Shown here one piece after another: positions 13,804 to 22,465 of a stretch of DNA of 64,000 bases. Position numbers and translations under genes: made by a program. The DNA comes from Burkholderiales bacterium. Its GTDB lineage: Bacteria > Pseudomonadota > Gammaproteobacteria > Burkholderiales > SG8-39. The stretch covers positions 655 to 64,654 of the forward strand of contig JAOAFL010000032.1 of NCBI GenBank assembly GCA_026416295.1. Direction: 5' to 3'. Every line of letters starts with the position of its first letter. The first letter of the stretch is position 1. A model generated the notes under the pieces. It had not been told where the DNA came from. It searched no databases and worked only from the letters and a program-made list of their open reading frames with translations.

Positions 13804-13898
13804 GGACTCTCCTTCCTTTTGCCGGCGGCTGCCTGCGCACCGCACTCCGCGCGCGGGCAGCGCAGGTGACACTGTCGCGCTTCGCGTGCGACATCGGC

Positions 13899-13912
13899 TT
13901 GATATGAATCAA
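13899..13912. promoter_or_regulatory. perfect FNR palindrome TTGATATGAATCAA
   Basis: It matches TTGAT-N4-ATCAA at 10 of 10 positions. The centre is 102.5 nt upstream of the alpha-subunit ATG, in a 384-nt non-coding gap. Confidence 0.8.
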
Positions 13913-14129
13913 GCGTTCTCGCAGGCCCCTCCAGAAGCGGAACCGTCTAGACAGCCCTTGCGAGCTGGCTTGATCGATGGGGTGCGGCGCGGCGAACGGC
14001 GCCGTCCGCTGAAGGCCGTGCCCGAGCCGAGGCGGGCCGCGTCTGTCGCGCCGCAGTAACATCGGCGCCTCGACTGCGCGAATGCAGCGCACCGGTTCGG
14101 GCACGCTCAGCGGCCGGACCCGGAAGCCT

Positions 14130-14154
14130 AAAAAGCGGGGGCAGCGCCCCCGCT
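14130..14154 (-). terminator. Rho-independent terminator after the cytochrome c551 gene
   Basis: The minus strand reads AGCGGGGGC-GCT-GCCCCCGCT followed by TTTTT, about 35 nt after the c551 stop codon. Confidence 0.8.
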
Positions 14155-14187
14155 CAGTACAGGACGAATCGCGGCCGAGCCGCGGTC

Positions 14188-14496
14188 TTACTTAAGATTG
14201 AGGATCCAGGCGACCATCGCCTTGATGTCGGGGTCGGGCACGGCCGGGTTGGCCGGCATCTCGACCGGTCCCCATACGCCTTTCCCGCCCTTCTTGACCT
14301 TTTCCTCCAGCTTCGCAGCCACGTTCTGGCCGCGGTACTTGGCGGCGATCTCCTTGTAGGAGGGGCCGACCGCCTTCTTGTCCACCATGTGGCAGGCGAT
14401 GCAGTTGTGTTTCTTCAGCAGGGCTTCGTCGGCCTGCGCGAGCGGCGCGGCGAATAGCGCGAGGGCGGCAGCCAAAACGGGAAGTTTCGGGTCCAT
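14188..14496 (-). CDS. cytochrome c551/c552 (class I, NirM-like), Sec signal
   Basis: 102 aa with AAGGAG upstream. It has a signal peptide, the heme motif CIACH, then VGPSYKEIAAKY and GVWGPVEMPAN as in Pseudomonas c-551. Confidence 0.9.
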   Translation of the reverse strand: MDPKLPVLAAALALFAAPLAQADEALLKKHNCIACHMVDKKAVGPSYKEIAAKYRGQNVAAKLEEKVKKGGKGVWGPVEMPANPAVPDPDIKAMVAWILNLK

Positions 14497-14678
14497 GAGG
14501 GCTCCTTTCGGTGGGTCGATATCGGTCGTGGCGCGTATTGTAGTCATTCGCCCCCGCGCGGGCCGACCCGGTCGTATTCGCAGTGTCCACTCGGGGCGTC
14601 GGGCGAAAGGTTCTCCGAGGCGCGGGCGCGCGGGCGACGATCCGCCGACGAGGTCGACGACCGCCGGCGATAACCCGC

Positions 14679-14918
14679 TCAGCGGCGTCGGATGACGATC
14701 TCGTAGCCACCCGCCTCGAGCGCGCGAGTCTCGTGCCGCCAGCCCGCGGCTCCGAGCATGGCGTACAGCGGCCACGGTTCGCGGTTCATCCGGACCCGAA
14801 GCGTCCGCGCGGGGTTCGCCTCGAGCGCCGCGAGAATGCGAGCGAGCGGCTCCGGGGGGTCGAGGCCGCACAGGTCGAGCACCAGCTCGTCCTCCGATCC
14901 GCTGCAGTGTTCGCGCAT
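14679..14918 (-). CDS. DUF2249-family small protein
   Basis: 79 aa from ATG 14918. LDLCGLDPPEPLARILAAL..LRVRMNREPWPLYAML matches the DUF2249 pattern as remembered. An FNR box lies directly upstream. Confidence 0.65.
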   Translation of the reverse strand: MREHCSGSEDELVLDLCGLDPPEPLARILAALEANPARTLRVRMNREPWPLYAMLGAAGWRHETRALEAGGYEIVIRRR

Positions 14919-14952
14919 ACGCGCATTTCCGCCGCGCGATTCGCCTGCAGCC

Positions 14953-14966
14953 TTGATGTAAATCAA
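14953..14966. promoter_or_regulatory. perfect FNR palindrome TTGATGTAAATCAA
   Basis: 10 of 10 consensus positions match. The centre is 41.5 nt from the DUF2249 ATG at 14918. Confidence 0.8.
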
Positions 14967-15056
14967 TACGAACCCGATGGCGAAAGCCGCTCGGCGCGGG
15001 GCGCTCGCAGCGAATTCGACTGTGTTCGGTCTCGGTGTGTGCGCAGGGGCGCCGAT

Positions 15057-15493
15057 CAGACGCCCCGTTTGCGCGCGACCTCCTCCAGCATCGTCGCCGG
15101 ACCGATCGAGCGCAAGGTCGCCGCCGAGATCTCGCCGACCCCGGCGAGCACCGCCGCGAGCGCGCACTCGATCGCCGCAGCGGCCGGCGCCTGCGCATCG
15201 GCTGCCGCGGGCGCGCGCGCTGCGGTGCGTCAAGAGCTCGATCACGTGTCATGCGCCGCGCACGACTCGAGGTGTCCGGCGCGCGCGAGCGTGCGCAGCA
15301 CCTCGGCGAGGTGATGCGGAGAAATGCCGCAGGCGCACGCGGTTCGTTCGCGGGCCGGACGGACGGCGGCCGGGGCGTGGCCGCCGTAGTTTAATCCGGT
15401 ATTCGGATGCGCGATCGGCGGGCGCGCGCCGGCCGCCGGATCGGCAGCCGAGCCCGGGCGGATCGAACCGCCGGGGCTCGCGCGCGCCTGCAT
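15057..15493 (-). pseudogene. possible decayed Rrf2 (IscR/NsrR/BadM)-family regulator gene
   Basis: ORF 15242..15493 ends in ..GISPHHLAEVLRTLARAGHLES, an Rrf2-type recognition-helix pattern. It stops at a TGA exactly where the family motif xRGxxGG should follow. VVRGA is readable in another frame. The original frame re-opens after two TGA codons and runs to about 15057. Confidence 0.3.
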
Positions 15494-15522
15494 GCATCTC
15501 GCCTGGCTCTAGCCAGCGCCCA

Positions 15523-15536
15523 TTAATCTGGATCAA
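15523..15536. promoter_or_regulatory. FNR-type box TTAATCTGGATCAA (one mismatch)
   Basis: 9 of 10 consensus positions match. The centre is 42.5 nt upstream of the thioesterase ATG (15572) that opens the pad-like operon. Confidence 0.6.
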
Positions 15537-15571
15537 ACTTCGCGTCCCGGACCGATGATGGGATTGCACGC

Positions 15572-15979
15572 ATGAGACCGACTCTCGCCGCAGGACTCAC
15601 CGCCACGCGCCGCATCGTCGTCGACCGCGATCGCACCATCGGCTTCATGGGCGAGGCGGCGCGCGTCTACGCCACCCCGATGCTCGTGCGCGACATCGAG
15701 ATGACCTGCCGCGAGCTTCTGCTCGAACACCTCGATCCGGGCGAAGACTCGGTCGGCATGCGGATCGAACTGGATCACCTCGCACCGACCCTGGTCGGCA
15801 TGACCGCCGAGATCGCGGTGCGCGTCGTCGAGGTGAAGGGTCGGGTTGTCGTCTTCGACGTGGAGGCGAGCGACGGCGTGGACCCGATCGCGCGCGGGCG
15901 CCACCAGCGTTTCGTCGTGGAGGTCAAGAAGACCGAGGAGCGCCTTGCCGCCAAGGCGAAAAAAGCGGGCCTTGCATGA
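15572..15979 (+). CDS. hotdog-fold thioesterase (FlK/COG5496-like)
   Basis: 135 aa with VYATPMLVRDIEMTCRELL..HLDPGEDSVG. Its stop overlaps the next ATG (ATGA at 15976..15979). A paralogue lies at 43990..44403. Confidence 0.7.
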   Translation: MRPTLAAGLTATRRIVVDRDRTIGFMGEAARVYATPMLVRDIEMTCRELLLEHLDPGEDSVGMRIELDHLAPTLVGMTAEIAVRVVEVKGRVVVFDVEASDGVDPIARGRHQRFVVEVKKTEERLAAKAKKAGLA

Positions 15980-18627
15980 AGGTCAAGACCTACTGCTACC
16001 AGTGCGTCGCCGGGCCGGACCTGCTGGAAGTCGAGGTCGAGGACGGCGTGGCGACGCAGGTGACGCCGAACTTCGACGCAGCCGGCATCCACCCCGGCGG
16101 CGGGCGCGTGTGCGTGAAGGCCTACGGGCTCGTGCAAAAGCTCTACAACCCGAACCGCGTGCGCTCGCCGATGAAGCGCACCAACCCCCGCAAGGGCCGG
16201 AACGAAGACCCCGGGTTCGTCCCGATCTCCTGGGACGAGGCGCTCGACATCGTCGCGACGAAGCTCAAGGAAATCCGCGCGAAGGGGCTGCTCGACGAAT
16301 CGGGCTATCCGCGTGTGGCGGCGAGTTTCGGCGGTGGCGGAACGCCGCAGTCGTACATGGGGACGTTTCCGGCGTTTCTCTCCGCCTGGGGACCGGTGGA
16401 CATGGGTTTCGGCTCGGGGCAGGGCGTGAAATGCGTGCACTCGGAGCACCTCTACGGCGAGTTCTGGCATCGCGCGTTCACGGTCTCGCCCGATACGCCG
16501 CTTTGCGAGTACGTGATCTCGTGCGGGGCGAATACGGAAGCCTCGGGAGGCGTCGTCGGCGTCTGGCGCCATGCCGAGGCCCGCGTGCGGGGCATGAAGC
16601 GCGTGCAGGTCGAGCCGCATCTTTCGGTCACCGGCGCCTGCTCGGCCGAGTGGGTGCCGATCAGGCCGAAGACCGACGCGGCGTTCCTCTACGCGCTCCT
16701 CAACGTCCTTCTCTTCGAGCATCCGCGCGAGCGGCTCGACGTCGAATTCCTCTACAAGCACACGTCCTCGCCGTACCTCGTCGGGCCGAACGGCTATTTC
16801 CTCCGCGATCCGCAGACGAAGCAGCCGCTCATTGCGCCTGCGCTCGAAGGAACGTTCCGCATGCCGGCGGTCGAAATCGGGCCGGATGCGGAGGTGCTCG
16901 CGCAGGGCGAACTCGAAGGCCGCACCGCGTTTACCGCCTTCGTCGAGCACATGCGACCGTACACGCCCGAGTGGGCCGAAGGCGTCTGCGACGTTCCGGC
17001 GCGCACGATGCGCCGCATCGGGCGCGAGTACCTGGAGCACGCCCGGGTCGGTGCGACGATCGTGATCGACGGAAAGACCCTTCCGCTTCGGCCGGTCGCG
17101 GTGGTCCTCGGCAAGACCGTCAACAACGGCTGGGGCGGCTACGAATGCTGCTGGGCGCGGACGATGCTCGCGGCGCTGGTGGGCGCGCTCGAAGTTCCCG
17201 GGGGCACGCTCGGAACCACGATACGCCTGAACCGGCCGCTCGGTGACCGCCACGCGAGCGTCAAGCCCGGGCCGGACGGCTTCATGGACTATCCGCTCAA
17301 TCCGACCGACCGCGAGCGCTGGCGCGCGCAGCCGAACATCCGCAACGCGTACAAGACGCTCGTTCCGCTCGCGGCCGACGGCCCCTGGAGCCAAGCGCTC
17401 GGGCCGACGCATTTCTCCTGGATGTTCCTGGGTGAAACGCCGCCGGGGCTGCCGCGCGTCACGTATCCCGAGCTGTGGTTCGTCTACCGCACCAACCCGG
17501 CGATCTCGTTCTGGGACACGCCGCAAGTCGCCGAGCGCATGGCGCAGTTCCCGTTCGTCGTCGCGATGGCCTACACGCGCGACGAGACCAACCACTTCGC
17601 CGACATCCTGCTCCCCGATCAGGTGGACCTGGAGAGCCTTCAGCTCATCCGCGTCGGCGGCTCCAAATTCATCGAGCAGTTCTGGCGCCATGAAGGCTAC
17701 GCGCTGCGGCAGCCGGCGGTCGCGCCGGCGGTGGATGCGCGCGACTTCACCGACATCGCGACCGAGCTTGCACGCCGCACCGGGCTACTCGAAGCCTACA
17801 ACGCCGCGATCAACCGCGGCGCGGCGGGCGTCCCGCTCAAGGGAAAGTCGTGGGACTTCTCGCTCGATACGACGAAGGCGCACACGCGCGAGGAGATCTG
17901 GGATGCGGTCTGCCGCGCAGCGAGCGCCGACCTCACCGACGGCCGCGAGACCGACGGGCTCGAGTGGTGGAAGAAGCACGGGCTTCGCGTCCGCCCGTTT
18001 CCGCAGTCGCTCTGGTATCTCTTTCCGACGCTTGTCGAAAAGGGCCTGCGCTTCGAGCTGCCGTACCAGGAGCGGCTGCTTCGCGTCGGCCGGGAACTCG
18101 CGCGACGGCTGCACGAGCACGGCATCCGCTGGTGGGATGCGCAGCTTGCCGAATATCAGGCGCTTCCGGCGTGGAAGGAATTCCCGAAGCTCTGGGAGGC
18201 GGAGGTGGTGCGCGAAGGCGGCCGGGCGGAGGACTATCCGTTCTGGCTGCTTACCTCGCGCAGCATGCAGTACGCCTGGGGCGGAAACGTCGGCGTGCAG
18301 CTGATGCGCGAAGTCGCCGCGAACGTCTCCGGCCACGGCGGCGTGATCGTGAACGCGAAGCGCGCCGCCGAACTCGGCATCGCGGAGGGCGATACGGTCG
18401 AAATCGCTACCCCGCGCGCACGCGTGCGCGCGCGCGCGGTACTGCGGCAGGGCATCCGGCCGGATACGCTGCTCCTCGTTGCCCAGTTCGACCACTGGGC
18501 GACGCCGTTCGCGAAGGACTTCGGCGTGCCGAGCCTGAACCGGCTCGTTCCGATGTCGATGGACCTCACGGATGCGACCGGCTCGGGCGCGGACGTCGTT
18601 CGCGTGAGCCTGAGGAAAGCGGCATGA
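15976..18627 (+). CDS. padB: cytoplasmic molybdopterin oxidoreductase large subunit, PadB-like (candidate phenylacetyl-CoA:acceptor oxidoreductase)
   Basis: 883 aa with no Tat or Sec signal. The MopB-type N-terminus has an incomplete Cys motif. It is followed by Fe-S and membrane subunits and by a phenylacetate-CoA ligase. The subunit sizes fit the published 93/27/26 kDa enzyme (from memory). Confidence 0.65.
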   Translation: MKVKTYCYQCVAGPDLLEVEVEDGVATQVTPNFDAAGIHPGGGRVCVKAYGLVQKLYNPNRVRSPMKRTNPRKGRNEDPGFVPISWDEALDIVATKLKEIRAKGLLDESGYPRVAASFGGGGTPQSYMGTFPAFLSAWGPVDMGFGSGQGVKCVHSEHLYGEFWHRAFTVSPDTPLCEYVISCGANTEASGGVVGVWRHAEARVRGMKRVQVEPHLSVTGACSAEWVPIRPKTDAAFLYALLNVLLFEHPRERLDVEFLYKHTSSPYLVGPNGYFLRDPQTKQPLIAPALEGTFRMPAVEIGPDAEVLAQGELEGRTAFTAFVEHMRPYTPEWAEGVCDVPARTMRRIGREYLEHARVGATIVIDGKTLPLRPVAVVLGKTVNNGWGGYECCWARTMLAALVGALEVPGGTLGTTIRLNRPLGDRHASVKPGPDGFMDYPLNPTDRERWRAQPNIRNAYKTLVPLAADGPWSQALGPTHFSWMFLGETPPGLPRVTYPELWFVYRTNPAISFWDTPQVAERMAQFPFVVAMAYTRDETNHFADILLPDQVDLESLQLIRVGGSKFIEQFWRHEGYALRQPAVAPAVDARDFTDIATELARRTGLLEAYNAAINRGAAGVPLKGKSWDFSLDTTKAHTREEIWDAVCRAASADLTDGRETDGLEWWKKHGLRVRPFPQSLWYLFPTLVEKGLRFELPYQERLLRVGRELARRLHEHGIRWWDAQLAEYQALPAWKEFPKLWEAEVVREGGRAEDYPFWLLTSRSMQYAWGGNVGVQLMREVAANVSGHGGVIVNAKRAAELGIAEGDTVEIATPRARVRARAVLRQGIRPDTLLLVAQFDHWATPFAKDFGVPSLNRLVPMSMDLTDATGSGADVVRVSLRKAA

Positions 18628-19280
18628 CGCGCTGGGTGATGGTCGCGGACCTGCGGCGCTGCGTCGGCTGCCAGACGTGCACCGCCGCCTGCAAGCACGC
18701 GAACGCGACGCCGCCGGGCGTACAGTGGCGCCGCGTGCTCGACATGGAGGTGGGGGAATACCCGGAGGTGAAGCGCGTCTTCGTCCCCGTGGGCTGCATG
18801 CACTGCGCCGATCCGCCGTGCATGCACGTCTGCCCCTCGACCGCTACGCGAAAGCGCGCAGACGGCATCGTCACCATCGATTACGACCTCTGCATCGGCT
18901 GCGCCTACTGCGCGGTCGCCTGCCCCTACCAGGCGCGCTACAAGACCGACGAGGCGCGTTTCGCCTACGGCGAGCCGATCGCCTCCGAAGCGAAGCGCTT
19001 CGATCCGGGAAGGCTCGGGGTCGCCACGAAGTGCACCTTCTGCGCCGACCGGGTGGACGCCGGGCTCGCGAAAGGCCTCAAACCCGGCGTGGACCCGGAG
19101 GCGACGCCCGCCTGCGTCAACTCCTGTATCGCGCAGGCGCTCCACTTCGGCGACATCGAGGACCCGCAGAGCAACGTCTCGCAGCTGCTTGCCGAGAACC
19201 ACTGGTTCCGCATGCACGAGGAGCTGGGGACCGACCCGGGCTTTTACTACCTCTGGGATCGCAAGGAGGCGGCCGCGTGA
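18624..19280 (+). CDS. padC: 4Fe-4S ferredoxin-type electron-transfer subunit (PadC-like)
   Basis: 218 aa. An ATGA overlaps the padB stop. Cys groups seen: CVGCQTCTAACK, CMHCADPPCMHVCP, CIGCAYCAVACP, CTFC..CVNSC. Confidence 0.7.
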   Translation: MTRWVMVADLRRCVGCQTCTAACKHANATPPGVQWRRVLDMEVGEYPEVKRVFVPVGCMHCADPPCMHVCPSTATRKRADGIVTIDYDLCIGCAYCAVACPYQARYKTDEARFAYGEPIASEAKRFDPGRLGVATKCTFCADRVDAGLAKGLKPGVDPEATPACVNSCIAQALHFGDIEDPQSNVSQLLAENHWFRMHEELGTDPGFYYLWDRKEAAA

Positions 19281-20089
19281 GCTTCGGCCCGAATCCTTGG
19301 CTTCAGCAGCACTGGGACTGGCGCGCCGCGTGCAACTTCATGTTCGGGGGCGCAGGCGCGGGGCTGGTCATCGCCGCGGCGCTCCTCGAAGATTCTCGGG
19401 CGGCGATCGCGCTCGGCGCCGGGCTTGCGCTCGTCGGCGCGGGCCTTGCCTGCGTCTGGGCTGAAATCGGGCGAAAGCTCCGCGCGCTGCACGTCTTCTT
19501 CAACCCGTTCACTTCTTGGATGACGCGCGAGTCTTTCGCCGCAGTAGTCCTTTTCGCGCTCGGGATCGCTGCGCTGGCGACCGGGGCGCCGCTCCTTCGC
19601 ATCGCCGCGGCCGCCGCCGCCGCCGCGTTCGTTTTCTGCCAAGGGATGATCCTCTTTGCCGCGAAGGGCATCCCCGCCTGGCGGCGCGCGGAAGTCGTGC
19701 CGCTCATCGTCGCGACCGGTCTTGCCGAGGGCGCGAGCGCTGCGCTCATCGCCGACCCGGGGCCGGGCGTGCTCGCGCTTGCGGCCGGTGCGCTCATCGC
19801 GCGCGCGCTCGCCTGGGCGCGCTACCGGGGCGCGCTCGCCGATCGCCGCGCCGCGGCGGTACTCGAGCCGGCCGGCCGCGCGCTCATGCAGCTCGGCACC
19901 GTCGTCGCGCTCGCGCTCCTTGCGCTCAGCTGGGCGGTGCCGGTCGCCGTCTGGGGCGTCGCCGCCGCGGCGGTCGCAGCCGGGTGGCGGTTCAAGTTCG
20001 TGCTGATCGCGCGCGCGGCGTTCAATCAGGGCTTTGCGATTCCGATCGTTCCGGTGCGCGGCGCGCGCGGAGAAGGAGGACGACCATGA
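19277..20089 (+). CDS. padD: DmsC-like membrane anchor subunit (PadD-like)
   Basis: 270 aa from GTG 19277, with AAGGAGG 7 nt upstream and a GTGA overlap. About 8 hydrophobic helices are visible. Confidence 0.6.
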   Translation: MSFGPNPWLQQHWDWRAACNFMFGGAGAGLVIAAALLEDSRAAIALGAGLALVGAGLACVWAEIGRKLRALHVFFNPFTSWMTRESFAAVVLFALGIAALATGAPLLRIAAAAAAAAFVFCQGMILFAAKGIPAWRRAEVVPLIVATGLAEGASAALIADPGPGVLALAAGALIARALAWARYRGALADRRAAAVLEPAGRALMQLGTVVALALLALSWAVPVAVWGVAAAAVAAGWRFKFVLIARAAFNQGFAIPIVPVRGARGEGGRP

Positions 20090-21390
20090 GCTGGCGCTAC
20101 GATCCGGCAGCCGAAACGATGCCGCGCGAGCGGCTCGCGGCGCTTCAGCTTGAGCGGCTGCGCGAGACGGTGAAGAACGCCTACGAGAACGTGCCGCTGC
20201 ACCGCGAGCGAATGAAGGCGCTCGGGCTAGAACCCGGCGACATCCGCTCGCTCGACGATGTCGCGAAGCTGCCGTTCACCCTGAAGTCGGACCTGCGCGA
20301 CCACTACCCGTTCGGGCTGTTCGCGCGCCCGCGCGAGCAGCTTCTGCGGCTGCACGCGTCGAGCGGCACCACGGGAAAGCCGACGGTGGTCGGCTACACC
20401 GCGCGCGATCTCGACACCTGGTCGGACCTGATGGCGCGCTCGATGGCCTGCGGCGGCGCGCGCCCGGGCGACGTGGTGCACAACGCCTACGGCTACGGGC
20501 TCTTTACCGGGGGGCTCGGCGCGCACTACGGCGGCGAGCGGCTGGGCACGACGGTGGTGCCGATGTCGGGCGGCGCGACCGAGCGGCAGGTGCTGCTCAT
20601 CATGGATTTCGGCGCGCGGGTGCTGTGCTGCACGCCCTCGTATGCGCTCGCGATCGCCGAGGTGGCGGAAAAGCAGGGCGTGGACCTGCGGCGCTCGAAG
20701 CTCGAGGTCGGCCTCTTCGGCGCAGAGCCCTGGAGCGAGGCGATGCGCAAGGAGATCGAGGCGCGGCTCGGGCTCAAGGCGGTGGACATCTACGGGCTCT
20801 CCGAGATCCTCGGGCCGGGGGTCGCCTGCGAGTGCTTCGAGGCGCAGGCCGGCCTGCACGGCTGGGAGGACCATTTCCTGTTTGAAGTGATCGACCCGGA
20901 GACCGGCAAGCCGCTCGCCGAAGGCGAGCGCGGGGAACTCGTGATCACCACGCTCACCAAGGAGGCGCTGCCGATGATCCGCTACCGAACGCGCGACGTC
21001 ACGAGCGTGACGCGCGAGCCCTGCGCCTGCGGACGCACGCACCTCAGGATCCGCCGCATCACCGGGCGCAACGACGACATGCTGATCATCCGCGGCGTGA
21101 ACGTCTATCCGTCGCAGATCGAGGCGGTGCTGGTGGGTCTGCCCGAGATCGCGCCGCATTACCAGCTCGTCGTCGAGCGCCGCGGCAACCTCGATCACCT
21201 CGCCGTGGAAGTCGAGGCGGCGCCGGGCGTGCCCGCCGACCGCTACGGGCCGGTCGCCGAATCTGCGCGCCACCACATCAAGTCGATGATCGGGATCACG
21301 ACCGACGTCGTCGTGAAGGCCCCGGGCGAGATCCCCCGCTCGCAGGGCAAGGCGGTGCGCGTGCGGGACCTGCGGCCGCGCAGCGCCTGA
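20086..21390 (+). CDS. paaK: phenylacetate-CoA ligase
   Basis: 434 aa. An ATGA overlaps the padD stop. PaaK-type motifs are present: LHASSGTTGKPTVVGYT, YGLFTGGLG, IYGLSEI.GPGVA.EC, IRGVNVYPSQIE. Confidence 0.9.
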   Translation: MSWRYDPAAETMPRERLAALQLERLRETVKNAYENVPLHRERMKALGLEPGDIRSLDDVAKLPFTLKSDLRDHYPFGLFARPREQLLRLHASSGTTGKPTVVGYTARDLDTWSDLMARSMACGGARPGDVVHNAYGYGLFTGGLGAHYGGERLGTTVVPMSGGATERQVLLIMDFGARVLCCTPSYALAIAEVAEKQGVDLRRSKLEVGLFGAEPWSEAMRKEIEARLGLKAVDIYGLSEILGPGVACECFEAQAGLHGWEDHFLFEVIDPETGKPLAEGERGELVITTLTKEALPMIRYRTRDVTSVTREPCACGRTHLRIRRITGRNDDMLIIRGVNVYPSQIEAVLVGLPEIAPHYQLVVERRGNLDHLAVEVEAAPGVPADRYGPVAESARHHIKSMIGITTDVVVKAPGEIPRSQGKAVRVRDLRPRSA

Positions 21391-21426
21391 GGCGATCGCC
21401 GGGGCATCGCGCGCAGGACCGCTCCC

Positions 21427-22434
21427 ATGGAACGAGGCCAGGAATTGCGCATCCGGTCGCTCGCCGCCGGCGATCTGGACGCGGTGGTCGCGCTCGATGC
21501 GGCGCTCGCCGGACGCACGCGCCGCGCGTACTTCGAGCGACGGCTTGCCGCGGCGCTCAGGCACCCTGCGCTTCACATCCAGTACGCGATCGAGTCGCAG
21601 GGGGCGCTCGCCGGGTTCGTGCTCGCGCGCATGTTGGAAGGCGAATTCGGCCGCGCGAGCCGCGCGGTGCGGTTGGAGACGATCGGGGTGGCCGCCGCCG
21701 AGCGCAACCGGGGCGTCGGCCGCGCGCTGCACGCGGAGCTGGAAGACGAGGCGGCGCGGCGCGGCGCGACGGAGGTGCGCACCGGGGCGAGCTGGCGCGA
21801 GCACGCGATGCTCGCGTTCCTCGACGCGATCGGTTATCGGCTTGCGCCGGCGTTCGTGCTCGAGTGCGCGGTGCGCGAGGCGCGGCTCGGCCTGAACGAG
21901 GTCCCGGTCGCTTCTCCGGCGCGCGAGCCGCGCGGCGATCCGAACGACTGGAGCGCGCCGCGCGCGAACGACTTCGAGGAACTGGCGCGCGACGCGGCCG
22001 ACGTGCGCCAGCTCACGGCCGCCGACCTCGAGGACCTGGTGCGCGTCGACCGGCACATCACCGGGCGCGAGCGGCGCGAGTTCATCGCGCACGCGCTCGA
22101 GGAAGCGCTCGCGGAAGTCGGCGTGCGGGTGTCGCTCGTCGCGCGCGAGGGCGGTATCGCCTGCGGCTACATCATGGCGCGCGCCGACTACGGCGACTTC
22201 GGCCGGCCGGAGCCGGTCGCGATCGTCGACGCCGTGGGGGTGGCGCCAGAGTACGCGCGCCGCGGCATCGGCCGGGCGATGCTCTCGCAGCTGCTGCTCA
22301 ATCTCGCCGCGCTCGGCATCGAGCGCGTCGAGACGGTGGTCTCGCCCGAGCGCGCCGACCTGCTCGGGTTCTTCGGCGCCGCGGGCTTTGCGCCCGGCGA
22401 GCGGCTCGCTTTCGTCAAGCCGCTCGCCGCGTGA
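21427..22434 (+). CDS. tandem (double) GNAT N-acetyltransferase
   Basis: 335 aa. It carries two acetyl-CoA-binding cores (VAAAERNRGVGRALHAEL and VAPEYARRGIGRAMLSQL), one in each half. Confidence 0.75.
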   Translation: MERGQELRIRSLAAGDLDAVVALDAALAGRTRRAYFERRLAAALRHPALHIQYAIESQGALAGFVLARMLEGEFGRASRAVRLETIGVAAAERNRGVGRALHAELEDEAARRGATEVRTGASWREHAMLAFLDAIGYRLAPAFVLECAVREARLGLNEVPVASPAREPRGDPNDWSAPRANDFEELARDAADVRQLTAADLEDLVRVDRHITGRERREFIAHALEEALAEVGVRVSLVAREGGIACGYIMARADYGDFGRPEPVAIVDAVGVAPEYARRGIGRAMLSQLLLNLAALGIERVETVVSPERADLLGFFGAAGFAPGERLAFVKPLAA

Positions 22435-22465
22435 ACCGAATTTCCACCGTTTCCGGAGGCAGTGC

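Noticed and set aside
15057-15244. In-frame TGA codons in the Rrf2-like remnant, considered as possible selenocysteine codons (SelD is encoded nearby)
   Set aside because: There are two TGA codons within 12 nt and no SECIS-like hairpin immediately downstream. The flanking sequence needs frame changes to resemble the family. Gene decay is the simpler explanation.
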